Positions 11,922 to 23,036 of a DNA stretch of 64,000 nt are shown here, one piece after another. The DNA is taken from assembly GCF_046119375.1 (NCBI RefSeq), contig NW_027362896.1, positions 248,001 through 312,000 on the forward strand, written 5' to 3'. The notes beneath the pieces were generated by a model. It was not told the DNA's origin. It saw nothing but the letters and a program-made list of their open reading frames with translations, and made no database searches. Origin of the DNA: Phyllobates terribilis. Its lineage: Eukaryota. The translations under genes were made by a program, and so were the position numbers. The first letter of the stretch is position 1, and each line of letters opens with the position of its first letter.

Positions 11922-13322
11922 AGAGTTTATTTTTTACACCGTTCCTCGTGCGGTATAAGTGATTAGACAACTTTATTCTTCAGGTCGGTGCGAGTACAGC
12001 GATACCAGATTCATATCGGGTTTCTATATTTGGCAGCTGTCACACCCTAAAGGGCAGAAAAATAATTTTTCCATATTTCGGCTGAAGAGTCATACAAGGG
12101 CTTGTTTTTTTGCGGCACAAGTTGACGCTTTTCTTGGTACCGTTTTCGGGCACATGACATTTTCTGATCGCTTTCTATTCTGATTTTTGGGAGGCAGAAT
12201 AAACAAAAACCAACAATTCAGAAATTGCTTTTTGTTTTTTATGCCATTCCGCGTGTGGTAAAATTTATTCTTCGGGTCAGTACGTTTACAGCGGTACCAC
12301 ATTTATATAGTTTTTTATGGTTTGGGGCTTTTATACAATAAAAACTATTTTATAGAAAAAAATATTTTTTTGTATCGCTTTATTTTGAGGGCTATAACTT
12401 TTATTTTTCGGCTGATGGAGCTGTATGGCGGCTTGTTTTTTGCAGGACAAGATGACGTTTTCAGCGGTACTATTTTTAATTACATTCGTCTTTTTTATCG
12501 CGTTTTATTTCATTTTTTGTTTGGCGGTATGATGATGAAGCATCATTTTTTTCTTCGTTTTTTTATTTTTTTACCGTGTTCACTATAGGGGTTAACTAGT
12601 TGGACAGTTTTATAGGTCTGGTCGTTCCGGATGTGGCGATACCAAATGTGTGTACTTTTAATGTTTTTTTTTTTTTATAATAATATTTATTTATGGGTAC
12701 ACTATTTTTATTTTTTCATTATTTTTCATTTTTTTAATATTTTTGCAATTTTTATTTTAATTTTACCCACTTTCTAGCACTTTTTTAATTACTTTTACAC
12801 TTTGTCCCACTATGGGACTTTCACTTTTTGCAGCCTGATCACTTGCATAGCATAGAGGTGCAGGAGCATCTCTGTGCTATGCGGGCTGTCAGTCCTGCAC
12901 TGGCACAAGTTAGTTAGAACGTGCACTGAGAACGATCTAACTAACTTGCTGATGCCTGGTGACCCGGATGTCGTCATGATGACATCAGGTCACCATGGCA
13001 ACTACCAGACCCAGCAGAGAGAGCGCGGGATCCTGGATACAAGGTAAGAGGGGTTACCTTCCCTTGCTCCCGGAATGCTGCAATCGACTTCGATCGCAGC
13101 ATTTTGGGGATTAATGTGCCACTGTGGGACCGCTCCTGGCACATATTACCGGGTGTTAGCCATAAGGCCCAGGGCACAGGGACGTACTATTACTGACATT
13201 GTCAGTAAGGGGTTAATAAACAATTAATATAAAGATTACAAATCCGGACAGGACACAGATTATTACATGTAACACAATTTTTTTTAATCTGTGACTTCAC
13301 TGCATTTAGTGGCAGTACTCAC

Positions 13323-13413
13323 CTGGGTGGTCATATGTAGGAATCTCCTCTTTACACCGCTCATCACCTCTCACATATGTCTCTGTAGTATTAATATGGG
13401 TCAGATCTTCACC
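13323..13413 (-). CDS. KRAB-ZNF gene 1 exon 5 (GEDLTHINTTETYVRGDERCKEEIPTYDHP)
   Basis: TTTCAG acceptor, CAG|GTGAGT donor, 91 nt, phase 0 to 1. Confidence 0.88.
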
Positions 13414-13611
13414 CTGAAACAAATATGATAAAAGTCACAGACAGATGGAGAAGTCCCATCTATGATCAGCTCTAATCCTGCCATCTCCACCGTTCTCATT
13501 ACACAAGTAGAAAACATATAATACTGGTGGATAAAACAAGACTGAGCACAAGACCTTCACAGCCGTCTACACATCATAGGGGAGATCTCATGACACCTTC
13601 TCTCCATCTAC

Positions 13612-13709
13612 CTGATGATCCTGAGGAACATTGGGGTCTTCTTGTTTACAGTCCTGTGGAAGAAGAGGACGGGGACATCTCTCTGGTGTTGTCCTCTTAC
13701 TGGATAGAT
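13612..13709 (-). CDS. KRAB-ZNF gene 1 exon 4 (DLSSKRTTPERCPRPLLPQDCKQEDPNVPQDHQ)
   Basis: CCTCCAG acceptor, CAG|GTAGAT donor, 98 nt, phase 1 to 0. Confidence 0.88.
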
Positions 13710-13792
13710 CTGGAGGAAACACATACAGGGACTGAATTCATTCTTTACATACAGATAATTATAGGCCGTGTGTATTTAGTCCTGTCTATTAC

Positions 13793-13916
13793 CTGGTGAT
13801 GTGAGGGGCTGGGGAACCTCCATCATGACGTCCTTGTACAGATCTTTGTGTCCTTCTAAATACTCCCACTCCTCCATGGAGAAATAGACGGCGACATCCT
13901 GACACCTTATAGGAAC
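13793..13916 (-). CDS. KRAB-ZNF gene 1 exon 3, KRAB-A box
   Basis: [41 protein letters not shown], with canonical AG/GT boundaries, 124 nt. Confidence 0.92.
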
Positions 13917-13999
13917 CTGACACACACAATGATACCATCATCCCCCCGATCCCTTCATAGCGTTACTGTATAATGTCCCAGCATTCCCAGCAGTGTCAC

Positions 14000-14179
14000 C
14001 TCTCCAGTCAGCAGCTCAATCATCTTGTAGGTGAGTTCTAGGATCTTCTGGTCATTGATGTCCTCATGTATCAGGGGGTGAGGTGGGGGCCTCGTGATTG
14101 GGCTGAGGGGTCTTCCCCATCCCTCAGACACAGGGTCCTGACAGCGCTCACTAGAGGTCTTCTTCACTACTGTGTAATC
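14000..14179 (-). CDS. KRAB-ZNF gene 1 exon 2 (FAX-like N-terminal module of frog oocyte ZNFs)
   Basis: DYTVVKKTSSERCQ...NDQKILELTYKMIELLTGE, 180 nt, AG/GT boundaries. Confidence 0.88.
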
Positions 14180-14308
14180 CTGGTTATGGAGAGACACATT
14201 AATAAATCTCCCTCCAGACATTTCCAGAGTCCTCACCTCTCCAGTTCTGTCCATCTGTTATTCCCATAGATAAGAATGATGTAATGTGACGTCATCAGAA
14301 TCTCTCAC

Positions 14309-14389
14309 CTCTCCAGTAAGCCGGAAGAGGATCTCTAGGGTGAGGTGGAATATCCTCTCCGCCATCTTCTTCTTCTTGTCCTTCTCCAT
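14309..14389 (-). CDS. KRAB-ZNF gene 1 first coding exon (MEKDKKKKMAERIFHLTLEILFRLTGE)
   Basis: ATG at 14389, GAG|GTGAGA donor, homologous to gene 2 exon 1. The start codon choice is inferred. Confidence 0.75.
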
Positions 14390-14459
14390 CCACTAAGGTT
14401 TAAGGTAAATTTTCTAGAAGATGGAAGATAATGATGAGAACGACTGAATCTACAGGATC

Positions 14460-14644
14460 CTAAATGGAAGGAAGATGGCTGCTCTGTGCGCCCAGGAGCT
14501 GTGATGAGGTCACAGGAGGGGAGGAGTCAGGGGTCACATGATCAGGGGCCTCAGTGGATGCAGGACTCTGCTGTGCTGGTTGTCATGGTGCTGGATGAGC
14601 TGAAGTTTATGTGTGGGGTCAGGAGGGGTTTACAGTGTGGATGT
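14460..14644 (-). promoter_or_regulatory. Putative promoter/5' region of gene 1, conserved at gene 2 (about 34515-34683)
   Basis: Conserved block between the VNTR and the first exon in both paralogs, containing TCATGTGAC (E-box-like) and TGACCTCA motifs. The TSS was not determined. Confidence 0.4.
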
Positions 14645-15727
14645 AGCGGAGCCGCGTGTGTACGAGGTGTACGGAGCGGAGCCGCGTGTGTACGAGGTGT
14701 ACGGAGCGGAGCCGCGTGTGTACGAGGTGTACGGAGCAGAGCCGCGTGTGTACGAGGTGTACGGAGCGGAGCCGCGTGTACGAGGTGTACGGAGCAGAGC
14801 CATGTGTGTACGAGGTGTACGGAGCAGAGCCGCGTGTGTAAGAGGTGTACGGAGCGGAGCCAGGCGTGTACGAGGTGTACGGAGCGGAGCCGCGCGTGTA
14901 CGAGGTGTACGGAGCGGAGCCGCGCGTGTACGAGGTGTACGGAGCGGAGCCGCGCGTGTACGAGGTGTACGGAGCGGAGCCGCGCGTGTACGAGGTGTAC
15001 GGAGCGGAGCCGCGCGTGTACGAGGTGTACGGAGCGGAGCCGCGCGTGTACGAGGTGTACGGAGCGGAGCCGCGCGTGTACGAGGTGTACGGAGCGGAGC
15101 CGCGCGTGTACGAGGTGTACGGAGCGGAGCCGCGCGTGTACGAGGTGTACGGAGCGGAGCCGCGCGTGTACGGAGCGGAGCCGCGCGTGTACGGAGCGGA
15201 GCCGCGCGTGTACGAGGTGTACGGAGCGGAGCCGCGCGTGTACGAGGTGTACGGAGCGGAGCCGCGCGTGTACGAGGTGTACGGAGCGGAGCCGCGCGTG
15301 TACGAGGTGTACGGAGCGGAGCCGCGCGTGTACGAGGTGTACGGAGCGGAGCCGCGCGTGTACGAGGTGTACGGAGCGGAGCCGCGCGTGTACGAGGTGT
15401 ACGGAGCGGAGCCGCGCGTGTACGGAGCGGAGCCGCGCGTGTATGAGGTGTACGGAGCGGAGCCGCGCGTGTACGAGGTGTACGGAGCGGAGCCGCGCGT
15501 GTACGAGGTGTACGGAGCGGAGCCGCGCGTGTACGAGGTGTACGGAGCGGAGCCGCGCGTGTACGAGGTGTACGGAGCGGAGCCGCGCGTGTACGAGGTG
15601 TACGGAGCGGAGCCGCGCGTGTACGAGGTGTACGGAGCGGAGCCTCGCGTGTACGAGGTGTACGGAGCGGAGCCGCGTGTGTACGAGGTGTACGGAGCGG
15701 AACCGCGTGTGTACGAGGCGTACGGAG
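14645..15727. repeat. 30-bp CpG-rich VNTR (GGAGCGGAGCCGCGCGTGTACGAGGTGTAC)n upstream of gene 1
   Basis: Lines 14881-15120 are perfect 30-bp periodic copies. Occasional 21-bp units occur. There are 6 CpG per unit. Confidence 0.97.
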
Positions 15728-15981
15728 AGGAGTATCCCGATTTATCTATCTGCACCCTCTGAATAGAGCGAGTTCTGGTCACTAAGACGAATGATGATGG
15801 GAGTGTACGTGCATGAAGGAAGCTGTCAGTTTCTATGCACCTTCACTTACCTCACTATGGCTGTATACATGTTTGTATGTATTTCAGCCATTAACTCCTT
15901 GTTCGGTCTAAGATGATGTAAGGTGGCTTTCGGACACATAGTTGATGGGAATTATGTATCACAGAGGTGGTTGTCCTAGAC

Positions 15982-17424
15982 CAGGGGTCTCAAACTCAGC
16001 TGGGTATAAGGGCCGCACACGGAAAAACATTTAATTTGGGGGGCCGCATTGTTTGCATGACAAAGTGACATTTTTAGTGATACCATTTTATTTTCTATAC
16101 ACCTTTTGAACTGGTCCTCATCTTGCAGACATGGTCTCCCCTCCAGGTCCCCCATATTGCAGACATGGTCTCCCCTCCAGCTCCCCCATATTGCAGACAT
16201 GGTCTCCCATGCAGGTCCCCCATATTGCAGACATGGTCTCCCATCAAGGTCCCCCATATTGCAGACATGGTCTCCCATCCAGGTCCTCCATATTGCAGAC
16301 ATGGTCTCCCATCCAGGTCCTCCATATTGCAGACATGGTCCCACATATTGCCGACATGGTCCCCCATTCAGATCCCCCATATTGCAGACATGGCCTTCAT
16401 ATTGCAGACATGGTCCCCATATTGCAGACATGGTCCCCCATATTGCAGACATGGCCTTCATATTGCAGACATGGTCCCCATATTGCCGACATGGTCCCCC
16501 ATCCAGGTCCCCCAATATTGCAGACATGGTCACCCATCCAAGTCCCCCATATTGCAGACATGGTTCCCCATATTGCAGACATGGTCCCCCATCCTGGTCC
16601 TTATGTTGCAGACATGTCCCCCATCCAGGTACCCATGTTGCAGACATGTCCCCCATCCAGGTGTCCCCCTATACTGCGCACAGGGCCGCCCCCCCATACT
16701 GCGCACAGGGTCCCCGCCCCCTCCCCCATACAGCGCTCAGGGTCCCAGCCCACCCCATACAGCGCTCAGGATCCCCCCCCCCATACAGCGCTCAGGGTCC
16801 CACCCCATATAGCGCTCATGGTCCCCGTCCCCATCCCCCCATACTGCGCTCAGGGTCCCCCCCCCATACTGTGCTCATGGTCCCCGTCCCCCCATACTGC
16901 ACTCAGGGTCACCGCCCCCCCATACTGCGCTCAGGGTCCCCGTCCCCCCATACTGCGCATGGTGCCCCCCCCCCTATACTGAGCACAGGTCCCCTGTGCT
17001 GTATCTCGCATGACAGAGAAAAAACTAAAAAAAGATTCTCACCTGTCCTCCGTTCCCTCGGCGTCCTTTCTGCACCTGTGGCCGCAGGCACAGACCCCGT
17101 AACGATCGCGGCTTTCTCCAGCAGCCGCCGATATCAGCGCTGTAGTGCAGTGTATTGCCGCGCGGAGGCCAGCAGCTGACATCTGCCCATGTCAGTGACG
17201 TCATACGCCGCCGCGCTGGGACGCAGATGTCAGCTGCTGGCCTCTGATAGGCTGGCACTGATATTGCTGTGCACAGAGCCGGTCTCTGCACGGCCATATA
17301 CTGCACTACAGCGCTGATATCGGCGGCTGCTGGAGAGAGCCGCAATCATTACGGAGTCTATTTGCCTGCGGGCCGCAAGAAGCAGCCGGAGGGGCCACAT
17401 TTGGCCGCGTGTTTGAGACCCCTG
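15982..17424. mobile_element. Non-autonomous hAT element with internal minisatellites and hairpin (copy A)
   Basis: TIR CAGGGGTCTCAAAC...GTTTGAGACCCCTG and 8-bp TSD TCCTAGAC (15974-15981 and 17425-17432). Confidence 0.93.
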
Positions 17425-20157
17425 TCCTAGACTGTCTCTAAAGTGTCATTGTTGGAACGGTTTACTTTGCTTTGCCTCCATTGAAAGGCCGTTTATTTTC
17501 CTATGCTTGTGATGTGGTTTATGAAGAACCAATAACCCAGCAAGGACATATAAATGGAAACAGTTCCTGTGTTACCTCACCACGCACCAAAGTGAGTAGC
17601 ATTCCCACAATTGGTGTTAGAATTGCGGGCAGCGTTCCTAGGGAACATGTGTAACTACTACAGAGGTACTGCATGCCCCCAGTGAAGGCGGCCATAAGCC
17701 AGTAAATAACGTCAGATAGCATGGAGAACCTAGTGAAACACCTGGTACAAGCCCAGCTGTAGCAGCAGTACCAACAACAGCTGGCGCAACAGGAGCCAAA
17801 TAAGCTGCTTATGCAACAGAGGTTCGTGGCATGGCGGCAGCTTCGACTCCAAGGTCAGCTGATTTCTCCATCCAGAAGGCAGTAAGGAGAGCTCTGCAGA
17901 AAATGACCAAGGGTGATGACACAGAGGCCATTTTTGAAAGATTCGCCGAGAGGGAGAAACTCTCGCCAGAGCAATGTGCTGATGCAATACTTAATGGGGG
18001 AGCTCCAGAAGGCCTACTCTGACTTAGCCTTAAAAGATGCGCTTAGGAGTGACAATGACTGCCAGGGTACAACGTGTCCACCGCTGGGCATATCACTGTG
18101 ACAAACCCCCTCCCTACCAAGTGTTTGATTTGCTGAACCACGTCCAAAAATGGTTGCAGGCAAAGACCTCTACCCCTGTGCAGATGGTAGAGCGAGTGGT
18201 AATGTACCGGTTTGTGCACTCCTTTCCGAGGCCAATACAGACTTGGGTTGCCCAGGGGGATCCCCGGAATGCAGATGACCTGGTCAGACTGTTCGAAAGA
18301 TATCACGGGGTCGATGGTTCCTTGGGGACCCTCAAAAAGGGGTGGGGCGTCCAAGGTCAAAAGGCTCAGGGGAGGTTATACCAAAGGTCCCAGCTGGCAA
18401 TATATGCTGGAAATATCACGGCCCAGGCCATATAGCCCCCCATTGTCCCCTGACTTCCGAGCAGATGGACTGTAGCCTGGGTTGCCACTGTTCATACTAT
18501 GTGTATCCAGTTTGCAGTTCGATCTTTCCACGCAACAAGGGGCCACAAGCTTGTCCCGTAATCGGGAATGGCCGGCAAGTGACTGGACTGCTAGGCTTAG
18601 AAAGTTTGTTGACCCTCGTGAGGGCCACATTTCCTCTCCAGCTGATCCCTGGAAAGAAGGTTGACGTCAATTGCTTTCACGAGGATGCTAAAGGCTATCC
18701 AGTGGCGAGAGTGGACATTGGAATGGGCCAAGGTACTGAGTCCCACGAGATTGGCGTGGTCTAGGACTTACTGCACCCCATTATTATAGGCCAGGACTTT
18801 TGTTTGTTTTGGGACTTTTGGGGGAGGGTGACAGTGCTCGATTAAGAGACGGGTCGCCCCTAAAGAACTGTCACCACACTCAGAGTCTGACGGGTTTCCC
18901 TTCTGTGTCCTTGTGGGGGATGACAAGGTAGTGTCCCTTGGGGCCAACATACCTGATGTAGGGGTGACTAGTGAAAATGTTAGGTCCGCCCTTGATAGGG
19001 AGCTAATGCTAAAGGAGGCATTCAATAATGTAACCGTCTTAAACAGTATAGCGCAAGAGCCAGGGGCTGACACCAGGTTTACCTATTTTATGTTGAGTGG
19101 GGAGTTATTGTACAGCGTTATTAAGGTCAGAGAGGAAATAGTGGAGCAATTGTTGGTACCCTGACCATGTAGACGAAGGATGATGGACATGGTCCATTCA
19201 CATGTCTTGACCATTTGGATGTGGATAAAAGTGGATAAAACTTTAGAACAGGTTGTGCGGAGGTTCCATTGGCCTGGTTGTCACCAGGAAATCTTAAAGT
19301 ATTGCAGGTCCTGTCCCACCTGCCAGATAATCGCCCCCTCCTCTCACTTTCGACATCCCCTCGTACCATTACCCATCATAGAAGTGCCGTTTGAGCGAAT
19401 TGCCATGGACTTGGTCCATCACCTGGTTAAATCTGCTTGTGGGCATCAATACATATTGTTCATCCTTGACTATGCTACGTGGTGCCCTGAAGCGGTTCCC
19501 CTGAGAAACTCCTCGGTGGTAAGTAAAGCCCACGAGTTGGTACACATTTTATCCTGGACCGGATTACCGGGGGAGATACTTACCGACCAAGGAAAACCCT
19601 TTATGAGTAAGGTGATGAGGGAACTGTGTAAGGCCCACAAATTACACAACTGAAGACATCCATGTACCATCCCAGATGGACGGCCTTGTGGAAAGGTTAA
19701 ATAAAACATTGAAGAGTATGCTTAAGAAGGTCATATAGGACGGTCAAGACTGGGACTGTCTCCTCCCGTATCTGTTGTTTTCTATCCGGGAGGTTCCACA
19801 AGCCTCGACCGGATTCTCTCCATTTTAACTACTATATGGTCGACATGCAAGGGGTCTCCTTGATATAGCAAAGGATTCCTGGGAAGCCGAGGTTACGCCC
19901 CATCGGAGCATCATTGAGGATGTCACCAAAATGTAGGAGATGATTGCGAAGGTGATGCCCATAATAAAAGGACATTTCCTCCAGGCACAAGGGGCTCAAT
20001 CTAGGGTCTACAACTGGGCAGCCAGGGTGAGGCAGTTCAGGCCCGGGGACAGAGTCCTTGTACTAATTCCCACAGTGGAGAGTAAGTTTTGGGCCAAATG
20101 GTAAGACCCCTATGAGGTGGTAGAGAAGCTTGGTGAAGTGAACTACAAGGTTCATCA

Positions 20158-21198
20158 CAGATCTACCTCTCTGTACTCGATATCAACTCCTTACTAACCA
20201 GAATACCACAATGTCTGTCTGCTATTTCATCTTTCTTCTCTGCTAGATTCCTAAAACTTAATATGGATAAAACCAAATTCATCATATTTCCACCATCTCA
20301 CTCAACCCCCCTCCTGACCTATCTATCAAAGTCAATGGCCACCCACTCTCCCCAGTCTCGCAAGCTCGCTGCCTCTGGGTAACCCTTGACTCTAATTTCT
20401 CCTTCAAACCTCATATCCAAGGCCTTTCCACTTCATGCTGACTCCAATTCAAAAATATTTCCCGGATCCGCACATTCCTCAACCATGAATCTGCAAAAAC
20501 ACTAGTGCGTGCCCTCATCATCTCTCTCCTCGACTACTGCAACCTCCTGCTCTGTGGTCTCTCTTCTAACTCTCTCGCACCCCGGCAATCTATCCTAAAC
20601 TCTGCTGCCCGACTAATGCACCTGTCCCCCCGCTATTCTCCTGTCTCTTCCCGCTGCCAATCCCTGCACTGGCTCCCCATTGCCCAGAGACTCAAGTTCA
20701 AGACCCTAACCTTGGCATACAAAACCATCCATAGCCTATCTCCTCCATATATCTATGACCTAGTCTCCCGGTACCTACTTGCATGCAACCTCCGATCCTC
20801 ACAGGACCACCTTCACTACTCTGCTCCTTTCTCCTCTTCCCACAATTGCATACAAGATTTCTCCCATGCATCCCCCCTACTCTGGAACTCTCTACTCCAA
20901 CACGTCAGACTCTCGCCTACCGTGGAAACCTTCAAAAGGAACCTGAAGACCGACCTCTTCCGACAAGCCTACAACCTGCAGTAACCCTCACTGCATGACC
21001 AGCTGTACCCTCACCTACGGTATCCTCACCCACCCCTTCTACACTGTGAGCCCTCACGGGCAGGGTCCTCTCGCCTCCTGTGCCAGTCGGTGACTTGTTT
21101 TTGTTTAAACTATTGTACTTGTTGTCTGCTATGTATACCCCTTTTTCACATGTAAAGCGCCATGGAATTAATGGCACTATATTAATTAATAATAATAA
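20158..21198 (+). mobile_element. L2-clade LINE 3' fragment (copy A)
   Basis: RT C-terminus (QIYLS; LIISLLDYCN..NSAARL..LHWLP..LKTDLFRQAY) ending in an (AAT)n tail. Splits the Gmr1 integrase at VNYKVH|QPG. Confidence 0.9.
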
Positions 21199-21678
21199 CC
21201 AGGAAGACTAAAACTGTACCAAGTGTACGTAGGTGGCAAGATAGGGAGCCAGTTGAAACTCCGTGTTTTCTGGACAAGCCTGAAACAGATGTTGAAAGAG
21301 TCATAATAGCAAAGATGCCATTGAAGGCTCAAAAATAGCAGTGCGGGAGTTGTTGCAGCAGAACAGGGACCTGTTCTTAGATTTGCTTTTTTGTACAAAG
21401 GTCATAGAACATGAGGTTCTGATTTAATCCCATGTGCGGGTGAACTTGAAGCCCTATCTAATTCCTGAGGCCTGGCGAGAGCTATTCTCCAAGGAATCTC
21501 TGAGTCACTGAGGAATCAGAGAGGGTGGTCTAGCCCTATTGTCCTGGTTCCAAAACCTGATGGCGAATGGAGGTTCTGTAACGATTATAGGAAGCTGAAT
21601 GAAGTCCAAGTTCAACGCATATCAGATGCCGTGTGTCGATGACCTGATCGTGAGACGTGGGCTGGCAAGGTATACAAC

Positions 21679-23036
21679 TGTGTGACCCACTACTACTCAG
21701 GTAGCGTTAGCCCTCCCTGGGAAAGGTGTACTCGGACTGCGGGCCGGTGGCAGAGGGGGATGCAGTCGTGGCCTTGGCCCGGTCCGTGGCCAGGGAGCAC
21801 ACATTAAAAATATAGGGTAGTGGATGAGTGGTTATTTGTCTGCAACGCCTCCTGTGGTTTCTGCTGAGGACCACCAGCGCTGCGACAGTCCTCTGAGGCC
21901 GGTGTTCTAGCAGCTTGGGATGGAATAGCTCCCCGCAGGTGGAGCTAGGCCTCAGGGCAGAGTAGAAGTGCAGTGCAGAGGAATGGTGGGTGCGGTGCCG
22001 CGCAGAAATGAGAGAGAAGAGGCGATGTATGAAGTCATCCAGGTTTTACTCACGGTAGACTTGTTTTCAGCCACAAAGCATCTCTTTGTTCCTCACGGCG
22101 CGCTGCGGCCACCAGGATGGGGTTCAGCTCACTCCGGGTAGCTCGGGTGCACCAGACAAAACCCCAGCACCAGTGTGTTCCTCTCACTTGCTGTACTAGA
22201 ACCGCCTCGTGCCCCTACTAAGTCCCGTACGTGCACCGCAATGTCCGCTGAAGGTGGCTTGTAGCCCCCGGACCGCCTAGGTCCCTTATTGGTGACTGGG
22301 GTGTAAACGTGGCGTAATGCTGGGGTCCCTCTGGATAGACGCAGATTAAGGGGATACAGGTGACGACTCTGCTCCATCCGTATTCCCCCTGGGATCCACT
22401 TCAGCCTCCGGACTTTTCTGACAGAGACCTGGAGTACAAAGTCAGATAATCGGGGACCGGTACCCCCTCTTGCGGCAGGAGTCTCTCTGGCGGGGCCAGA
22501 ATAAGGGTAGCAGGTGGCGACTCCGCTCCGTCCACATCCCCTGAGATCCTTTCGCCTGTGGAGCTCTTCTCCTCTGCTCCCCTCCTAGGCCTTCTGGTGT
22601 GAACTAAGACATAGGACACAGCCAGCTGTAACTCAACTCTGCCCCAGCCCCCAATCTCAAGGCCTGAGACCGGGAATAGCAGCATCTTGAGGCAGCTGCA
22701 GCTTGTACTAACTGTCACCTCCAGGGAACTGCGACAAAAGACCCGGTATTAAAGATGGCATCCATATTTATATGGATGTATTAGTGTAACCGTAAAGTGC
22801 TTCCTCCACCCTACTCACTACAAGGTTCCCCCTACTTTTGGTTCCCCCCTTACTCCTCCATTCAGGACCGGGGCAGCACATTGTGCTCTAAACCCCCTTC
22901 AGAATGGGAGTGTGTAGTGTTGGATGTGTGGTGGGGTCCTGTGTGGTGCTCCATCCTTACCTCGGAGAGGAGATACCACACCTCGTTCCATGAAGTGCAG
23001 TACCCCTGTGGCGACTGAACTCTCAGGGGCGCCACA
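21679..23036 (-). mobile_element. Long solo LTR-like element (same family as 8053-9234), copy A
   Basis: TG..CA ends, splitting RT at ARYI|TTLDL. The 4-bp TSD is TAAC (perfect in copy B, CAAC/TAAC here). Confidence 0.85.

Larger units (their letters stand above)
9615..13212. mobile_element. Non-autonomous piggyBac-like element
   Basis: TTAA|CCCCTT at 9611-9620 and AAGGGG|TTAA at 13207-13216 (TTAA TSD, CCCCTT TIR). No transposase ORF. Confidence 0.75.

Noticed and set aside
13527-13799. 90-aa plus-strand ORF recurring three times (33030, 63498)
   Set aside because: It is antisense to KRAB exons 3-4 and their introns, and recurs only because the genes are paralogous.
14486-15782. Long repetitive ORFs in several frames (RACTRCTE.., VYEVYGAEPR..) and 30-bp periodicity resembling CRISPR
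   Set aside because: These are a by-product of a stop-free 30-bp tandem unit. There are no unique spacers or cas genes, and the context is eukaryotic. The same applies to 34589-35716.
15976-17179. Pro/Cys/His-rich ORFs of 200-350 aa (also 41969-43246)
   Set aside because: They are translations of minisatellites inside a TSD-flanked hAT element.
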